This document shows positions 15,076-25,692 of a DNA stretch of 64,000 nt, in pieces. Under the pieces are notes generated by a model. It was not told the origin of the DNA, did not search any database, and worked only from the letters and a program-made list of their open reading frames with translations. How positions within the stretch are numbered: position 1 is the first letter of the stretch; every line of letters starts with the position of its first letter. The stretch comes from a virus: UHGV virus genome UHGV-0370399, one strand, 5' to 3'. A program made the translations under genes and the position numbers.

Positions 15076-16677
15076 ATGGACTTAAATGCTGTTAAGCAGA
15101 AGCGAGTGGAAGATGTTAGGAAAGTCCTAGCTGGAGAGTTGGGGCTTTCTGATGAAGTAAAAGAAATTATTAAATCATTCGGTAAAGACCCCTCTAAATT
15201 CCTTCCAACTCAAATTCTGACTTTATTAAGATACACACCAGACCAAGTTCGCCTTATCTTTAAATTGATGACTGATAAGAACTATGTAGCCCCTCAGCCG
15301 GGTTCTCAAGAGGTCTTTTTAAATACTAATGCTGACTTGGTTCTCTATGGTGGTGCTGCTGGTGCTGGTAAGACTGCCGCATTGTTAATGGACTCTTTAA
15401 GATTTATTGAAGACCCTAACTATAATGCTGTATATTTCCGTCGAAATACAACACAGTTACAAGGTGGTTTATGGCCTGCTGCAAAGAAACTATTTGGTAA
15501 GTTTGGTGGGATTCCTCACGAGCAGAAAATGACTATCACATTCCCTTCTGGGGCAACTATCAAGTTTACCTACCTAGAACTTGAAAAGCACGCTGAAGGT
15601 CATCAGGGTATTGAATACTCAGCTATTTACTTTGACGAAGGTACACACTTCTCTGCTTCACAGATTTCATACCTACAAACCCGTCTACGTTCTGGTGCTG
15701 AAGGCGATTCATACATGAAGATTTCCATGAACCCAGACAGAGACCACTTTATTTACGATTGGGTAGAGCCATTCTTAGATGAAGAAGGCTACCCAGACCC
15801 TGAAAAATGTGGTCGTATTCGTTGGTATGTAATGAACGATGGCGTGATGGTTTCTGATTGGGAGAGAGACAAGATTCTTGAAATGTTCCCCCTTGAGATT
15901 CCTCAAACATACACCTTTATTTCTGGTACGATTGATGATAACCCAATCCTTGACTTCTTAGAGCCTAAGTACCGTGGTAAGCTGGAAAACAACACTCCTT
16001 TAAACGTTGCAAGACTTCGTTTCGGTAACTGGAAGGCTCGTGCAGAAGGTTCAAACTATTGGCAAAGACAATGGTGTGAAATTGTTGATTCACTCCCAGA
16101 AGATGTATTTGATGTTAGAGCATGGGACTTAGCAGCAACTTTACCATCTGAGATTAACCCTAATCCAGACTGGACAGCAGGTGTTAAGATGGGTAAATCT
16201 AAAAAAGACGGTTGCTATTATATCATTGATGTAGTAAGATTTAGAGATAGACCCTCTGGAGTCGAAACACAAATTAATTTGACTGCTGAAAGTGACGGTA
16301 AGCGAACTGGTATTTTTATCCCTCAAGACCCAGGCGCTGCTGGTAAATCCTACGCAACATCCCTCATCAGGAAACTTGCCGAGAAAGGTTATCGAGCAAG
16401 AGCCAAACCAACAAATAAAGATAAAGTTACCCGCTTTGCGGGATTTTCTGCTGCTTCTGAAGCTGGACTTGTAAAAGTCTTGAGAGGTAGTTGGAATGAA
16501 GCTTACTTTCAAGAGCTTGAAGGCTTTTGTGGTGATGGCAAAACTAAAGATGACCAAGTGGATGCTACCAGTGATGCTTTCAACAGTCTTAACGAAGTTA
16601 AATTATTCAAGCCACCATCAATGGGCGCTCACACAGACTTAGTGAGGGGAAACCCATATGAGGGGCTTAGACGTTGA
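15076..16677 (+). CDS. terminase large subunit (ATPase plus nuclease)
   Basis: Walker A LVLYGGAAGAGKT, Walker B-like IYFDEGTHF, C-terminal acidic nuclease-type residues; ATG at 15076 preceded by GGAGG (ORF track used an upstream TTG at 15061). Confidence 0.85.
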   Translation: MDLNAVKQKRVEDVRKVLAGELGLSDEVKEIIKSFGKDPSKFLPTQILTLLRYTPDQVRLIFKLMTDKNYVAPQPGSQEVFLNTNADLVLYGGAAGAGKTAALLMDSLRFIEDPNYNAVYFRRNTTQLQGGLWPAAKKLFGKFGGIPHEQKMTITFPSGATIKFTYLELEKHAEGHQGIEYSAIYFDEGTHFSASQISYLQTRLRSGAEGDSYMKISMNPDRDHFIYDWVEPFLDEEGYPDPEKCGRIRWYVMNDGVMVSDWERDKILEMFPLEIPQTYTFISGTIDDNPILDFLEPKYRGKLENNTPLNVARLRFGNWKARAEGSNYWQRQWCEIVDSLPEDVFDVRAWDLAATLPSEINPNPDWTAGVKMGKSKKDGCYYIIDVVRFRDRPSGVETQINLTAESDGKRTGIFIPQDPGAAGKSYATSLIRKLAEKGYRARAKPTNKDKVTRFAGFSAASEAGLVKVLRGSWNEAYFQELEGFCGDGKTKDDQVDATSDAFNSLNEVKLFKPPSMGAHTDLVRGNPYEGLRR

Positions 16678-16693
16678 TAGCTAGGTGAGAAGA

Positions 16694-18160
16694 ATGGCAG
16701 ATATTACAGAAACACAAGAAAGCTTACCACCATTTAGGATGGGTGAAGTAGGTTCTTTGGGTCTGAAGGTTAAGAATGGAAGAATCTATGAAGAACCTCG
16801 TCAGGCACTAAGGTTCCCTGAAAGTATTAAAACTTTCCAATTAATGATGCGTGACCCCGCTGTAGCAGCATCTGTAAATATTATTAAGATGTTTGTCAGA
16901 AAAGTCAACTGGAGATTCGTACCTCCAAAGGGAAAAGAGCAAGACCCTAAAATGCTTGAAAGAGCAGACTTCTTTAATTCTTTAATGGATGACATGGAGC
17001 ATGATTGGGCAGATTTTATTAACTCTGTAATGTCATTCTGCACTTATGGGTTCTGTGTTAATGAAAAGGTTTATAAGAAGCGTCAGGGTAAGAAAGGAAA
17101 GTACCAGTCTAAATTTGATGATGGTCTAATTGGATGGGCTAAATTACCAATCAGAAACCAATCAACACTTGATAAGTGGTATTTTGACGAAGACTTTAGA
17201 AAAGTTACTGGTGTTAGACAGAATCTGAGAAATGTTTCACATATTGCTGGAGCAATTAATCTTGGAGAAAGACCACTAACAAGAAAACTCCCACGAGCTA
17301 AATTCATGCTGTTTAAGTATGACGATGAATATGGAAACCCAGAAGGTCGTTCACCATTACTTAATGCCTATGTGCCGTGGAAGTATAAAGTTCAGATTGA
17401 AGAGTACGAAGCAGTCGGTGTTTCAAGAGACTTGGTAGGTATGCCAAAAATTGGTTTACCACCAGATTATCTGGATGAAAATGCAGAACCTGAAAAGAAA
17501 GCTTTCGTACAATACTGCAAAACTGTTGTTAACGATATGATTGCTAATGATAGAGCAGGTTTAATCTGGCCTAGATATATCGACCCAGATACTAAAGAGG
17601 ATATTTTTGAGTTCTCATTAGTTTCTAGACAGGGTGCTAAAGCATACGATACAGGTTCTATTATTGACAGATATTCCAAGCAGATTATGATGGCATTTAT
17701 GTCAGATGTTCTTGCTATGGGTCAGTCAAAATATGGTTCATTCTCTCTTGCAGATTCTAAGACAAGCTTACTAGCAATGTCAGTAGATATTCTGCTGAAG
17801 CAAATTAAGAACGTAATTAACCGTGATTTAGTTGCACAGACTTATGCTCTTAATATGTGGGACGATGAAGAACATGTGCAAATCACATATGATGATATCG
17901 AAACCCCAGACCTTGAAGTAATTGGTTCTTATATCCAGAAGACTGTTGCAGTAGGTGCTTTGGAAGTTGACAAAGAGCTATCTAACAAGCTTAGAGAGCA
18001 TATTGGTCTTCCTCCTGCTGATGAGTCTCAGCCAGTATCTGAAAAGCTTTCTCCAAATAGCCAAAGCCGTTCAGGAGATGGTTATAAGACCGCTGGAGAA
18101 GGTACTGCAAAGACACCTTCAGCGAAAGACCCAAGCACAGCAAATAAGGCAAATAAATAA
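16694..18160 (+). CDS. portal protein
   Basis: About 490-aa protein immediately after large terminase; start taken as ATG 16694 after AGGTGAG (ORF track began at GTG 16685). Confidence 0.7.
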   Translation: MADITETQESLPPFRMGEVGSLGLKVKNGRIYEEPRQALRFPESIKTFQLMMRDPAVAASVNIIKMFVRKVNWRFVPPKGKEQDPKMLERADFFNSLMDDMEHDWADFINSVMSFCTYGFCVNEKVYKKRQGKKGKYQSKFDDGLIGWAKLPIRNQSTLDKWYFDEDFRKVTGVRQNLRNVSHIAGAINLGERPLTRKLPRAKFMLFKYDDEYGNPEGRSPLLNAYVPWKYKVQIEEYEAVGVSRDLVGMPKIGLPPDYLDENAEPEKKAFVQYCKTVVNDMIANDRAGLIWPRYIDPDTKEDIFEFSLVSRQGAKAYDTGSIIDRYSKQIMMAFMSDVLAMGQSKYGSFSLADSKTSLLAMSVDILLKQIKNVINRDLVAQTYALNMWDDEEHVQITYDDIETPDLEVIGSYIQKTVAVGALEVDKELSNKLREHIGLPPADESQPVSEKLSPNSQSRSGDGYKTAGEGTAKTPSAKDPSTANKANK

Positions 18161-18660
18161 TGGCTGAAGTTATCTCTATTTCAAATGCTACACGAGTGCA
18201 TTCGTATAGAGGTGTTCTTATTATCACTGACAAATTATCTGTAGAGGCTGGCTCAAGGGTCAGCCTTTCAGGTTATGTAAGTGATGGTGGAACCTCTGAC
18301 GTTTTCACTATTTGCAGGTTACTTGATGCACCAATGAGTGGAAAACCGTTTATTTTAGGAAATTGTAGTGAAATTGTTAAAATTCCATTTGACAGTTCAT
18401 GCCTTTTGGGTGTAAAGTTATATAACTGCGAGAATAAACGTATCAATGTTAATAGCATTGAAGCCGCTTTCATTACCCTCGACACTGCATTTCAATCTCC
18501 AATGACAGTTAATAAAGAAACAAACAGACTTGAATACATTTTTTCACAAAATGATTACAAAGTACTTGTCAAAGGCAAAGTATATGATATGATTGTAAAT
18601 GTGGTAGATGAATCTGGTAACCATTCAACAGTCCTTAAACAAAAAGTAAGGTTTAATTAA
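18160..18660 (+). CDS. hypothetical protein (head module)
   Basis: 166-aa ORF, start overlaps portal stop (TAATG). Confidence 0.5.
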   Translation: MAEVISISNATRVHSYRGVLIITDKLSVEAGSRVSLSGYVSDGGTSDVFTICRLLDAPMSGKPFILGNCSEIVKIPFDSSCLLGVKLYNCENKRINVNSIEAAFITLDTAFQSPMTVNKETNRLEYIFSQNDYKVLVKGKVYDMIVNVVDESGNHSTVLKQKVRFN

Positions 18661-18992
18661 TGGGAACATTAACTATTGATGGTAAGAATAAAATCCTCGC
18701 CACGCTAACCCCAACGACTATTATTTTACACAATGTAGACCCAACGGCAGACCCTACAGCAAATAAGGTTACTCAGCCAGTGGCTATTTATTTTTCTGAA
18801 CCGGATAATGGCTTAATTGCCTCAGAAGATACAGTTAATATTACTGTTCCAGCTTCTGCAACGGTCTCACACTATAGCTTGTGGGATGCTAACGATAAAT
18901 GCGTGGCAACTGGTGCTCTTAGCAAACCTCAATTCTTCGCTGAAGAAGGTATCTATGTTATCTCTTCAGTCTCTGTAGATTTAAACAAATAG
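18660..18992 (+). CDS. hypothetical protein (head module)
   Basis: 110-aa ORF, overlapping stop/start. Confidence 0.5.
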   Translation: MGTLTIDGKNKILATLTPTTIILHNVDPTADPTANKVTQPVAIYFSEPDNGLIASEDTVNITVPASATVSHYSLWDANDKCVATGALSKPQFFAEEGIYVISSVSVDLNK

Positions 18993-19003
18993 GGTGAGTA
19001 AAA

Positions 19004-20350
19004 ATGAGTTCGAATATCTTCAGACTTGCTGATAGATTATTCAACCAACCTTTACTAGCCACTGAATCATTAGCTCACTCAGCAGCAACTTATGTGAATA
19101 ACAGATTGCTGGGTGATGTCCAAGCAGCAGTAAACTTTGATAAACCCAAAGGTGAAGCAAGAAGTCTTTTAAAAGTGAAAGATGACATTGCTATTATCCC
19201 TATTATGGGTGGTTTAACCCATCGTATGACATTCATTGATGCAATGTGTACAGGTGGATTAAGCTCTTATGAAGGTTTGCGTAGAGGCTTTGACGAAGCT
19301 TTAGCAGATGAGTCAATCAAGACTATTGTTCTGCACATCGATTCTGGTGGTGGTGAAGCTTCAGGTTGCTTTGAATTAGCACGTCACATTATGGCTTCAA
19401 GAGGCCAAAAGAAAATTATTGCTTATGTAGATGAGTTCGCTTGTTCCGCTGCATACGCTCTTGCATCTTCTGCTGAAGAAATTATTGCATCACCAGATGC
19501 AGATGTTGGTTCTATCGGTGTAATCATGGTTCATCAGGAATTAACTAAGGCATTTGAAAAGAATGGCGTAACAATTAACGTCATCAAAGCTGGTGAGTTT
19601 AAAGGTATGGGTTCACCATTCCAAGCACTCTCAGAAGAAAGCAAAGAAAGACTTCAAAAGAGAATTAATGATACCTACGCAACCTTTACAGGTTTTGTAG
19701 CTGAATCTCGTAATCTCTCTGAAGAAGCTGTAAAGAATACTGAGGCGAATGTTTATTCTGCTCAGGAAGCTCTTGAACTTGGTTTAATTAACTCAATCAT
19801 GTCTCAAGATGATTTCTTAAATTACTTACAAGGTTCTGAAGAGGCTCCTGTAAGTTTAAACGTTAACAATTCAGGTGAAGAAATGACTGAACAAGAAAAG
19901 CAAGAACTAGAAGCTTTGCGTCTTCAGGTTGCTCAAATGAAAGCTAAAGAACAGGAAGCTGCTTTGTCAGATTTGACTAATAAGATTTCTGCTTCTGCTG
20001 AAGCTTTTGGATTTGATGCAAAAGAAGCTGCAACGACTATTTTAGGTGCTGGTCTTGATAACCCTCTGAGTGTTCTGTTTATGAATGCTATGGAAGGTGC
20101 TAACCAGAAACTTAATGAAACTATCGCGTCCCATGCTTCTGCAATGGAAGAAAAAGAATCAGAAATTACCAAGCTGAAAGAAACTGCTGGTGCTGTTCTT
20201 GAACATTCTAATGCTATGGAAGAAATGGGTAATGACGGCGAAGCTGATTTGGTTGAAGAAGAAAAAGAACCAGCTAAGAATGCTTCCGAAGACACCGCTG
20301 AACAACGCAAACTGGCTCTCCAGAATGCTCTAAAATCTCTTATCAAATAA
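19004..20350 (+). CDS. prohead protease (S49/ClpP-like serine peptidase) with C-terminal coiled-coil scaffold-like region
   Basis: N-terminal region resembles SppA/ClpP fold (IPIMGGL...IVLHIDSGGGEASG...YVDEFACSAAY); C-terminal 150 aa acidic and Ala/Glu-rich. Confidence 0.7.
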   Translation: MSSNIFRLADRLFNQPLLATESLAHSAATYVNNRLLGDVQAAVNFDKPKGEARSLLKVKDDIAIIPIMGGLTHRMTFIDAMCTGGLSSYEGLRRGFDEALADESIKTIVLHIDSGGGEASGCFELARHIMASRGQKKIIAYVDEFACSAAYALASSAEEIIASPDADVGSIGVIMVHQELTKAFEKNGVTINVIKAGEFKGMGSPFQALSEESKERLQKRINDTYATFTGFVAESRNLSEEAVKNTEANVYSAQEALELGLINSIMSQDDFLNYLQGSEEAPVSLNVNNSGEEMTEQEKQELEALRLQVAQMKAKEQEAALSDLTNKISASAEAFGFDAKEAATTILGAGLDNPLSVLFMNAMEGANQKLNETIASHASAMEEKESEITKLKETAGAVLEHSNAMEEMGNDGEADLVEEEKEPAKNASEDTAEQRKLALQNALKSLIK

Positions 20351-20361
20351 GGAACACAATA

Positions 20362-20739
20362 ATGGCATATCAAGGTTTTACTAAGTTAGGTAACAGAGAA
20401 CCTCTGAATGATATCATTCTTTGGGAACAGATTACCCCAACAGGCCACTCTCGTAAAGAGTACACTCCACAGGCATCTACAGAGTATCGTGTAGGTGAAG
20501 TTCTGAAAGCAGATGGTACTAAGGTACAAGCTGGAGAAGAAGCCCAAGCAGACTCTGTATGTATCGTTAATTTCTACGCAGACCTGCAACTGTCTTATCA
20601 TGGTCAGTTGAAAGTAGTAGGTATCCACCGTGATGCAGAACTGAAAGACCTGCTAACTCTTGAATCAAGAGTTGATGCTACTAAAGTCAAGAAAGCTCTG
20701 GCTGCTAAAGGTATTGATTTCGTACCAACTGGCCTGTAA
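20362..20739 (+). CDS. hypothetical protein between protease and capsid gene (possible decoration or scaffold protein)
   Basis: 125-aa ORF; position only. Confidence 0.5.
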   Translation: MAYQGFTKLGNREPLNDIILWEQITPTGHSRKEYTPQASTEYRVGEVLKADGTKVQAGEEAQADSVCIVNFYADLQLSYHGQLKVVGIHRDAELKDLLTLESRVDATKVKKALAAKGIDFVPTGL

Positions 20740-20772
20740 TAACAATAATAAGACATTCTGGAGAATTTTACA

Positions 20773-21879
20773 ATGTTGACTAATTCTGAAAAAAGCAGAT
20801 TTTTCCTTGCTGACCTGACTGGTGAAGTCCAGTCTATCCCAAATACTTATGGGTATATTTCCAACTTAGGTCTGTTCCGTTCAGCACCAATCACCCAAAC
20901 TACTTTCCTTATGGACTTGACTGATTGGGATGTTAGCTTGCTTGATGCGGTAGACCGTGATAGCCGTAAAGCAGAGACTAGCGCACCTGAGCGTGTTCGT
21001 CAAATCAGCTTCCCAATGATGTACTTCAAAGAAGTTGAAAGCATCACTCCTGATGAAATTCAGGGTGTACGTCAGCCAGGCACTGCAAACGAACTGACTA
21101 CTGAAGCTGTAGTACGTGCTAAGAAGCTGATGAAGATTCGTACCAAGTTCGATATTACTCGTGAGTTCCTGTTTATGCAAGCTCTGAAGGGTAAAGTTGT
21201 TGATGCTCGTGGTACTCTGTACGCTGACCTGTACAAGCAGTTCGACGTTGAGAAGAAGACTATTTACTTCGACCTTGACAATCCTAATGCTGATATCGAC
21301 GCTTCTATTGAAGAACTGCGTATGCACATGGAAGATGAAGCTAAGACTGGCACTGTAATCAACGGTGAAGAGATTCACGTAGTTGTTGACCGTGTATTCT
21401 TCAGCAAACTGGTTAAGCATCCTAAGATTCGTGACGCTTATCTTGCACAGCAGACTCCACTGGCTTGGCAACAGATTACTGGTTCTCTGAGAACTGGTGG
21501 TGCTGACGGCGTTCAGGCTCATATGAATACTTTCTACTACGGTGGTGTTAAGTTTGTCCAGTACAACGGTAAGTTCAAAGACAAGCGTGGTAAGGTTCAC
21601 ACTCTGGTTAGCATTGACAGCGTAGCAGACACTGTTGGTGTTGGTCATGCTTTCCCTAACGTAGCTATGCTGGGTGAAGCTAACAACATCTTCGAAGTTG
21701 CATATGGTCCATGTCCTAAGATGGGTTACGCAAATACACTTGGTCAGGAACTGTACGTATTCGAATACGAAAAAGACCGTGACGAAGGTATTGACTTCGA
21801 AGCTCACTCTTACATGCTGCCATACTGTACTCGTCCTCAGTTGCTGGTAGATGTTCGCGCTGACGCTAAAGGCGAATGA
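20773..21879 (+). CDS. major capsid protein (by position and size)
   Basis: 368-aa ORF following protease/scaffold; strong RBS; no motif checkable by eye. Confidence 0.6.
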   Translation: MLTNSEKSRFFLADLTGEVQSIPNTYGYISNLGLFRSAPITQTTFLMDLTDWDVSLLDAVDRDSRKAETSAPERVRQISFPMMYFKEVESITPDEIQGVRQPGTANELTTEAVVRAKKLMKIRTKFDITREFLFMQALKGKVVDARGTLYADLYKQFDVEKKTIYFDLDNPNADIDASIEELRMHMEDEAKTGTVINGEEIHVVVDRVFFSKLVKHPKIRDAYLAQQTPLAWQQITGSLRTGGADGVQAHMNTFYYGGVKFVQYNGKFKDKRGKVHTLVSIDSVADTVGVGHAFPNVAMLGEANNIFEVAYGPCPKMGYANTLGQELYVFEYEKDRDEGIDFEAHSYMLPYCTRPQLLVDVRADAKGE

Positions 21880-21900
21880 TATTCTTAAGGAGGGTTATGA

Positions 21901-22350
21901 ATGTGTTATACAGGCGACCCAGCCAATAACCCTCTTGATAGAGTAAGAATCCTCTGCACAGACACCAATAATGATGAAATTCTTATTGAACAGTCTGTGC
22001 TAGAGTGGTTCTATCTAGAATCTGGAAAGGATGAAAAGAAAGCAGCCATCAAAGCTCTTAAATATTTACTCTTTCAAGTAGCCAAGATGGGAGATGAGAA
22101 GGTTGGTGGTGTTTATTTACGTAATTCTTCCAGATTCAAATCTCTGAAAGCTGTTTATGACGACCTTGTTAAAAGCTCTGTTTCAGGACTACCCTATGCA
22201 GGTGGTATTAATCAGTGTGATATTGACATGCGTCGTCAGAATCCTTGCTCTGTCAAGAAATACACAGAATATGGTGATGCTGCCAGATACGAAGGCAGAG
22301 ATTACTGCAACCGTGTTAATGGCGTATTTATTATCGAGCGAGATGAATAA
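21901..22350 (+). CDS. hypothetical protein (head-tail joining region)
   Basis: 149-aa ORF. Confidence 0.5.
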   Translation: MCYTGDPANNPLDRVRILCTDTNNDEILIEQSVLEWFYLESGKDEKKAAIKALKYLLFQVAKMGDEKVGGVYLRNSSRFKSLKAVYDDLVKSSVSGLPYAGGINQCDIDMRRQNPCSVKKYTEYGDAARYEGRDYCNRVNGVFIIERDE

Positions 22351-22832
22351 TGGTTAAAAGGGTTATTCACCCCGCGAGAGCAAAATTAGTCGGGGCTATG
22401 AAGAACTTGCAAACGGCTAATGCTCAAGTTGGGTATTTTCAAGAACAAGGTCAACATAGCTCTGGTTTTTCTTATCCTGCTTTAATGTATTTACAAGAAG
22501 TTATTGGGGTTCCTTCAGCTTCTGGTAAAGTATATCGTAGGTTGTTTGAAATCACTATGATGCTAAACAAACAGACCTTGTTAGAGCAGACTAAGAAGAA
22601 TCTATATAAGCAACTTAGCAGTCTCAACACAGACCCTTCAAATACCTTAGAAGCATTTGCAAAGAATGCTCAAAAGGCAATTAAAAGAGGTTTTGGTAAT
22701 TCTGCTATCCTCCCTCCTAACGCACCTTCCACAGTCAAGAAAAAAGGCTTTAACGCACCTCTTGTTGAGACAGGTGACTTAAGAGATAACCTTGCTTATA
22801 AAATTTCTACTAAGAAGGGTATTAAAAAATGA
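22350..22832 (+). CDS. hypothetical protein (head-tail joining region)
   Basis: 160-aa ORF. Confidence 0.5.
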   Translation: MVKRVIHPARAKLVGAMKNLQTANAQVGYFQEQGQHSSGFSYPALMYLQEVIGVPSASGKVYRRLFEITMMLNKQTLLEQTKKNLYKQLSSLNTDPSNTLEAFAKNAQKAIKRGFGNSAILPPNAPSTVKKKGFNAPLVETGDLRDNLAYKISTKKGIKK

Positions 22833-23230
22833 GACTCTTAAACAGACACAGCTTTGTAGTAAAGCGTAAAGTCTCTGAAGATGGTTATTATAATGCTGAT
22901 GGTGATTGGGTAGCTTCACAAGATATTGTAGAGGTTAACTGTAAAGGTAATATTCAGCCATATATCAAAGGTTCTGTAAAGAATGGTACACAGATTGCTT
23001 TACCGGAAGGTATTAGGCTTACCGATACAAGAATCCTGTATACCACATATAAACTTAGAACTTCAGATGATGTAGAGTGGAATGAGTCTGATATTGTTAT
23101 GATTGATGGTCATGAGTATGAAGTATTTATGACTATGGATTGGTCACAGCAATTAGCCCATACGTCCCATTATGAATATATCATTATTAGAAGGGATAAA
23201 ATGAATGCAGTTAGAAACAGCAGAACTTGA
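22829..23230 (+). CDS. hypothetical protein (head-tail joining region)
   Basis: 133-aa ORF. Confidence 0.5.
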   Translation: MRLLNRHSFVVKRKVSEDGYYNADGDWVASQDIVEVNCKGNIQPYIKGSVKNGTQIALPEGIRLTDTRILYTTYKLRTSDDVEWNESDIVMIDGHEYEVFMTMDWSQQLAHTSHYEYIIIRRDKMNAVRNSRT

Positions 23231-23804
23231 AAAAGGTCTAGTTAGAACCTTAGTGGATGTTATTGGTCACAGACTAGCTCGTGATAAAAATAATAGACCA
23301 AATGTAATTAGAGCTTACCCTTCTGATAACTCAAATGACAAAGGTTTAAAACCTGACCAGCCATTTATTACCGTATATTGTCAAGATGCTGCAACACCTT
23401 ATGGTTGGGTTCTTGATAAGTTTGTTGAGGATGATGTAGTTTGCTACAGAATTGCTTTTCAGATTCCAGTATTAATTACGGTGAATGGTAAAGGTGCTCA
23501 CAGTATTATGCTTGAGCTTAAACAACGATTAGAGATGAGTTCAGTCAGGGATTTAATTCTTGAAGAGACAGGAGCTACAGTACTAGACACTGGAGCCATC
23601 CCAAATGACTACACTTATCTCAATACAGATTTCGAAAATTCTGCGCCTCTTGTTGTAACTCTTGTAAAAAATTCAGTCCTGAAAGATGAACGTGGAAGTA
23701 TTATTGAGCGTGTCATTGTTGATGGTGAGTTGGTTTATGAAGAAGGACAAGAGCCACCAGAATATACTATCCATCTAGATGTAGACTCCAAAGGGGTAAA
23801 ATAA
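23205..23804 (+). CDS. hypothetical protein (tail completion region)
   Basis: 199-aa ORF. Confidence 0.5.
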   Translation: MQLETAELEKGLVRTLVDVIGHRLARDKNNRPNVIRAYPSDNSNDKGLKPDQPFITVYCQDAATPYGWVLDKFVEDDVVCYRIAFQIPVLITVNGKGAHSIMLELKQRLEMSSVRDLILEETGATVLDTGAIPNDYTYLNTDFENSAPLVVTLVKNSVLKDERGSIIERVIVDGELVYEEGQEPPEYTIHLDVDSKGVK

Positions 23805-25157
23805 ATGTGGAATCCAATTGTTAATGTAGATATTACATTGAACACCGCAGGAACTACAAGAGAAGGTTTTGGTTTGCCACTATTCTTAGCTTCAACAGAT
23901 AACTTTGAAGAAAGAGTCCGTGGTTACACTTCCTTAACTGAAGTTGCTGAAGATTTCGATGAAAACTCTGCTGCATATAAGGCTGCTAAACAACTTTGGA
24001 GTCAGACTCCTAAAGTAACTCAGCTTTATATTGGTAGACGTGCTATGCAGTACACTGTATCAATTCCTAATGCCGTTGCTGAAAGTACAGACTACTCAAT
24101 TACTGTAGCTGCTGGCGGTGGAATTTCTCAACCATATCAGTATACAGCGCAAGCTGAAGACACTGCTGAAAACGTGTTGCAACAGTTTAAAACACAGATT
24201 GAAGCTGACCCAACAATCAAAGATAAGGTTTCTGTGAACGTAACTGGTAGCAATGGCTCTGCCACAATGATTATTACCAAAGCTGGTGATAATGACTTTG
24301 TGAAAGTAACAACTACAGCACAGACTGTGTATATTGCAAGTACAACTGCCGATACAGCATCAACTGCTCTGGCAGCTATCGAAGCTTACTCTACTGACTG
24401 GTATTTCATTGCAGCAGAAGACAGAACTCAACAGTTTGTCTTAGCAATGGCTTCTGAGATTCAGGCTCGCAAGAAAATCTTCTTTACAGCTAACTCCGAT
24501 GTAACAGCCCTGCAAGGTACAGAATTAGCCAGTGCAAATGATGTTCCAGCACAGCTTGCTAAGAGTATGTACACTCGTACAGTTTGCTTGTGGCATCACG
24601 CAGCAGCAGAAGACTACCCAGAGATGGCATACATTGCTTATGGTGCTCCATATGATGCAGGTTCAATTGCTTGGGGTAATGCTCAGCTAACTGGTGTAGC
24701 AGCTTCTCTACAACCATCTAATCAGAGACCTCTGACAAGTATTCAGAAGTCTGCTTTAGATGTACGTCACTGTAACTTTATTGACCTTGATGGTGGTGTT
24801 CCAGTGGTTCGTAGAGGGATTACTTCTGGTGGGGAATGGATTGATATCGTCCGTGGCGTTGACTGGTTAGAATCAGACCTGAAAACTTCTCTGAGAGACT
24901 TGCTAATTAACCAGAAGGGTGGTAAGATTACTTATGATGATACTGGTATTACCCGTATTCGTCAAGTCATTGAAACCTCTCTACAAAGAGCAGTCAACAG
25001 AAACTTCCTGTCATCTTACACAGTTAATGTTCCTAAAGCCTCTCAAGTTGCTTTGGCAGACAAGAAAGCTCGTATCCTGAAAGATGTTACCTTCGCAGGT
25101 ATCTTAGCAGGGGCTATCTTGGATGTTGACTTGAAAGGTACAGTGGCTTACGAATAA
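23805..25157 (+). CDS. putative tail sheath protein
   Basis: 450-aa ORF immediately upstream of a 148-aa tube-sized gene, chaperone pair and tape measure; assignment by gene order only. Confidence 0.5.
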   Translation: MWNPIVNVDITLNTAGTTREGFGLPLFLASTDNFEERVRGYTSLTEVAEDFDENSAAYKAAKQLWSQTPKVTQLYIGRRAMQYTVSIPNAVAESTDYSITVAAGGGISQPYQYTAQAEDTAENVLQQFKTQIEADPTIKDKVSVNVTGSNGSATMIITKAGDNDFVKVTTTAQTVYIASTTADTASTALAAIEAYSTDWYFIAAEDRTQQFVLAMASEIQARKKIFFTANSDVTALQGTELASANDVPAQLAKSMYTRTVCLWHHAAAEDYPEMAYIAYGAPYDAGSIAWGNAQLTGVAASLQPSNQRPLTSIQKSALDVRHCNFIDLDGGVPVVRRGITSGGEWIDIVRGVDWLESDLKTSLRDLLINQKGGKITYDDTGITRIRQVIETSLQRAVNRNFLSSYTVNVPKASQVALADKKARILKDVTFAGILAGAILDVDLKGTVAYE

Positions 25158-25172
25158 TAGAGGTAAATTGGA

Positions 25173-25619
25173 ATGGCTATGTATCAGCAATATTCCCCTA
25201 AAGACGTTGTATGTAGCTGGAATGGTATTGCCATTGAAGGCTTTGCCCCAGATTCATTCTTGCGTCTACAGAGAACATCACCGCTTGTGACACCAGTTGT
25301 TGGTGCAGGTGGTCAAGTTGCTCTGACAAGAAATGCAGACAAGACAGGTACTATTGAGATTGAGTTAATGCAGACTTCTCTCTCTAACCAGATGCTTTCT
25401 GCAATTCAAGCTAAACAAGACAATATGGAACTTGAAGAAGATATCTCTTCTAACTTCGTAATCTACGACCCATCAGGCTCTGTTCTGGCAACTGGTATTA
25501 ATGCTTGGTTGCAGGAATTACCACAGATTGAACTTGGTCGTGACCAGAACTCTAAAACTTGGATTTTTGGTTGTGAGAAGCTAGACTACACTTCTACAAT
25601 TCCAGCGTCAAGTGTTTAA
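25173..25619 (+). CDS. putative tail tube protein
   Basis: 148-aa ORF between sheath-sized gene and chaperones; followed by a strong terminator. Confidence 0.5.
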   Translation: MAMYQQYSPKDVVCSWNGIAIEGFAPDSFLRLQRTSPLVTPVVGAGGQVALTRNADKTGTIEIELMQTSLSNQMLSAIQAKQDNMELEEDISSNFVIYDPSGSVLATGINAWLQELPQIELGRDQNSKTWIFGCEKLDYTSTIPASSV

Positions 25620-25632
25620 TAAATCCTATAAG

Positions 25633-25663
25633 GGGGAGACTTTAAAAGGTCTTCCCCTTTTTT
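25633..25663 (+). terminator. Rho-independent terminator (GGGGAGAC-TTTAAAAG-GTCTTCCCC then TTTTTT)
   Basis: Hairpin and T-run read directly after the tube gene. Confidence 0.7.
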
Positions 25664-25692
25664 GTTTCTTTTAAAAGTATTAAGGAATCACA

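Noticed and set aside
16141-16557. 138-aa minus-strand ORF
   Set aside because: Antisense inside the terminase large subunit gene
20881-21807. 308-aa minus-strand ORF
   Set aside because: Entirely antisense within the major capsid gene, with low-complexity composition; typical shadow ORF
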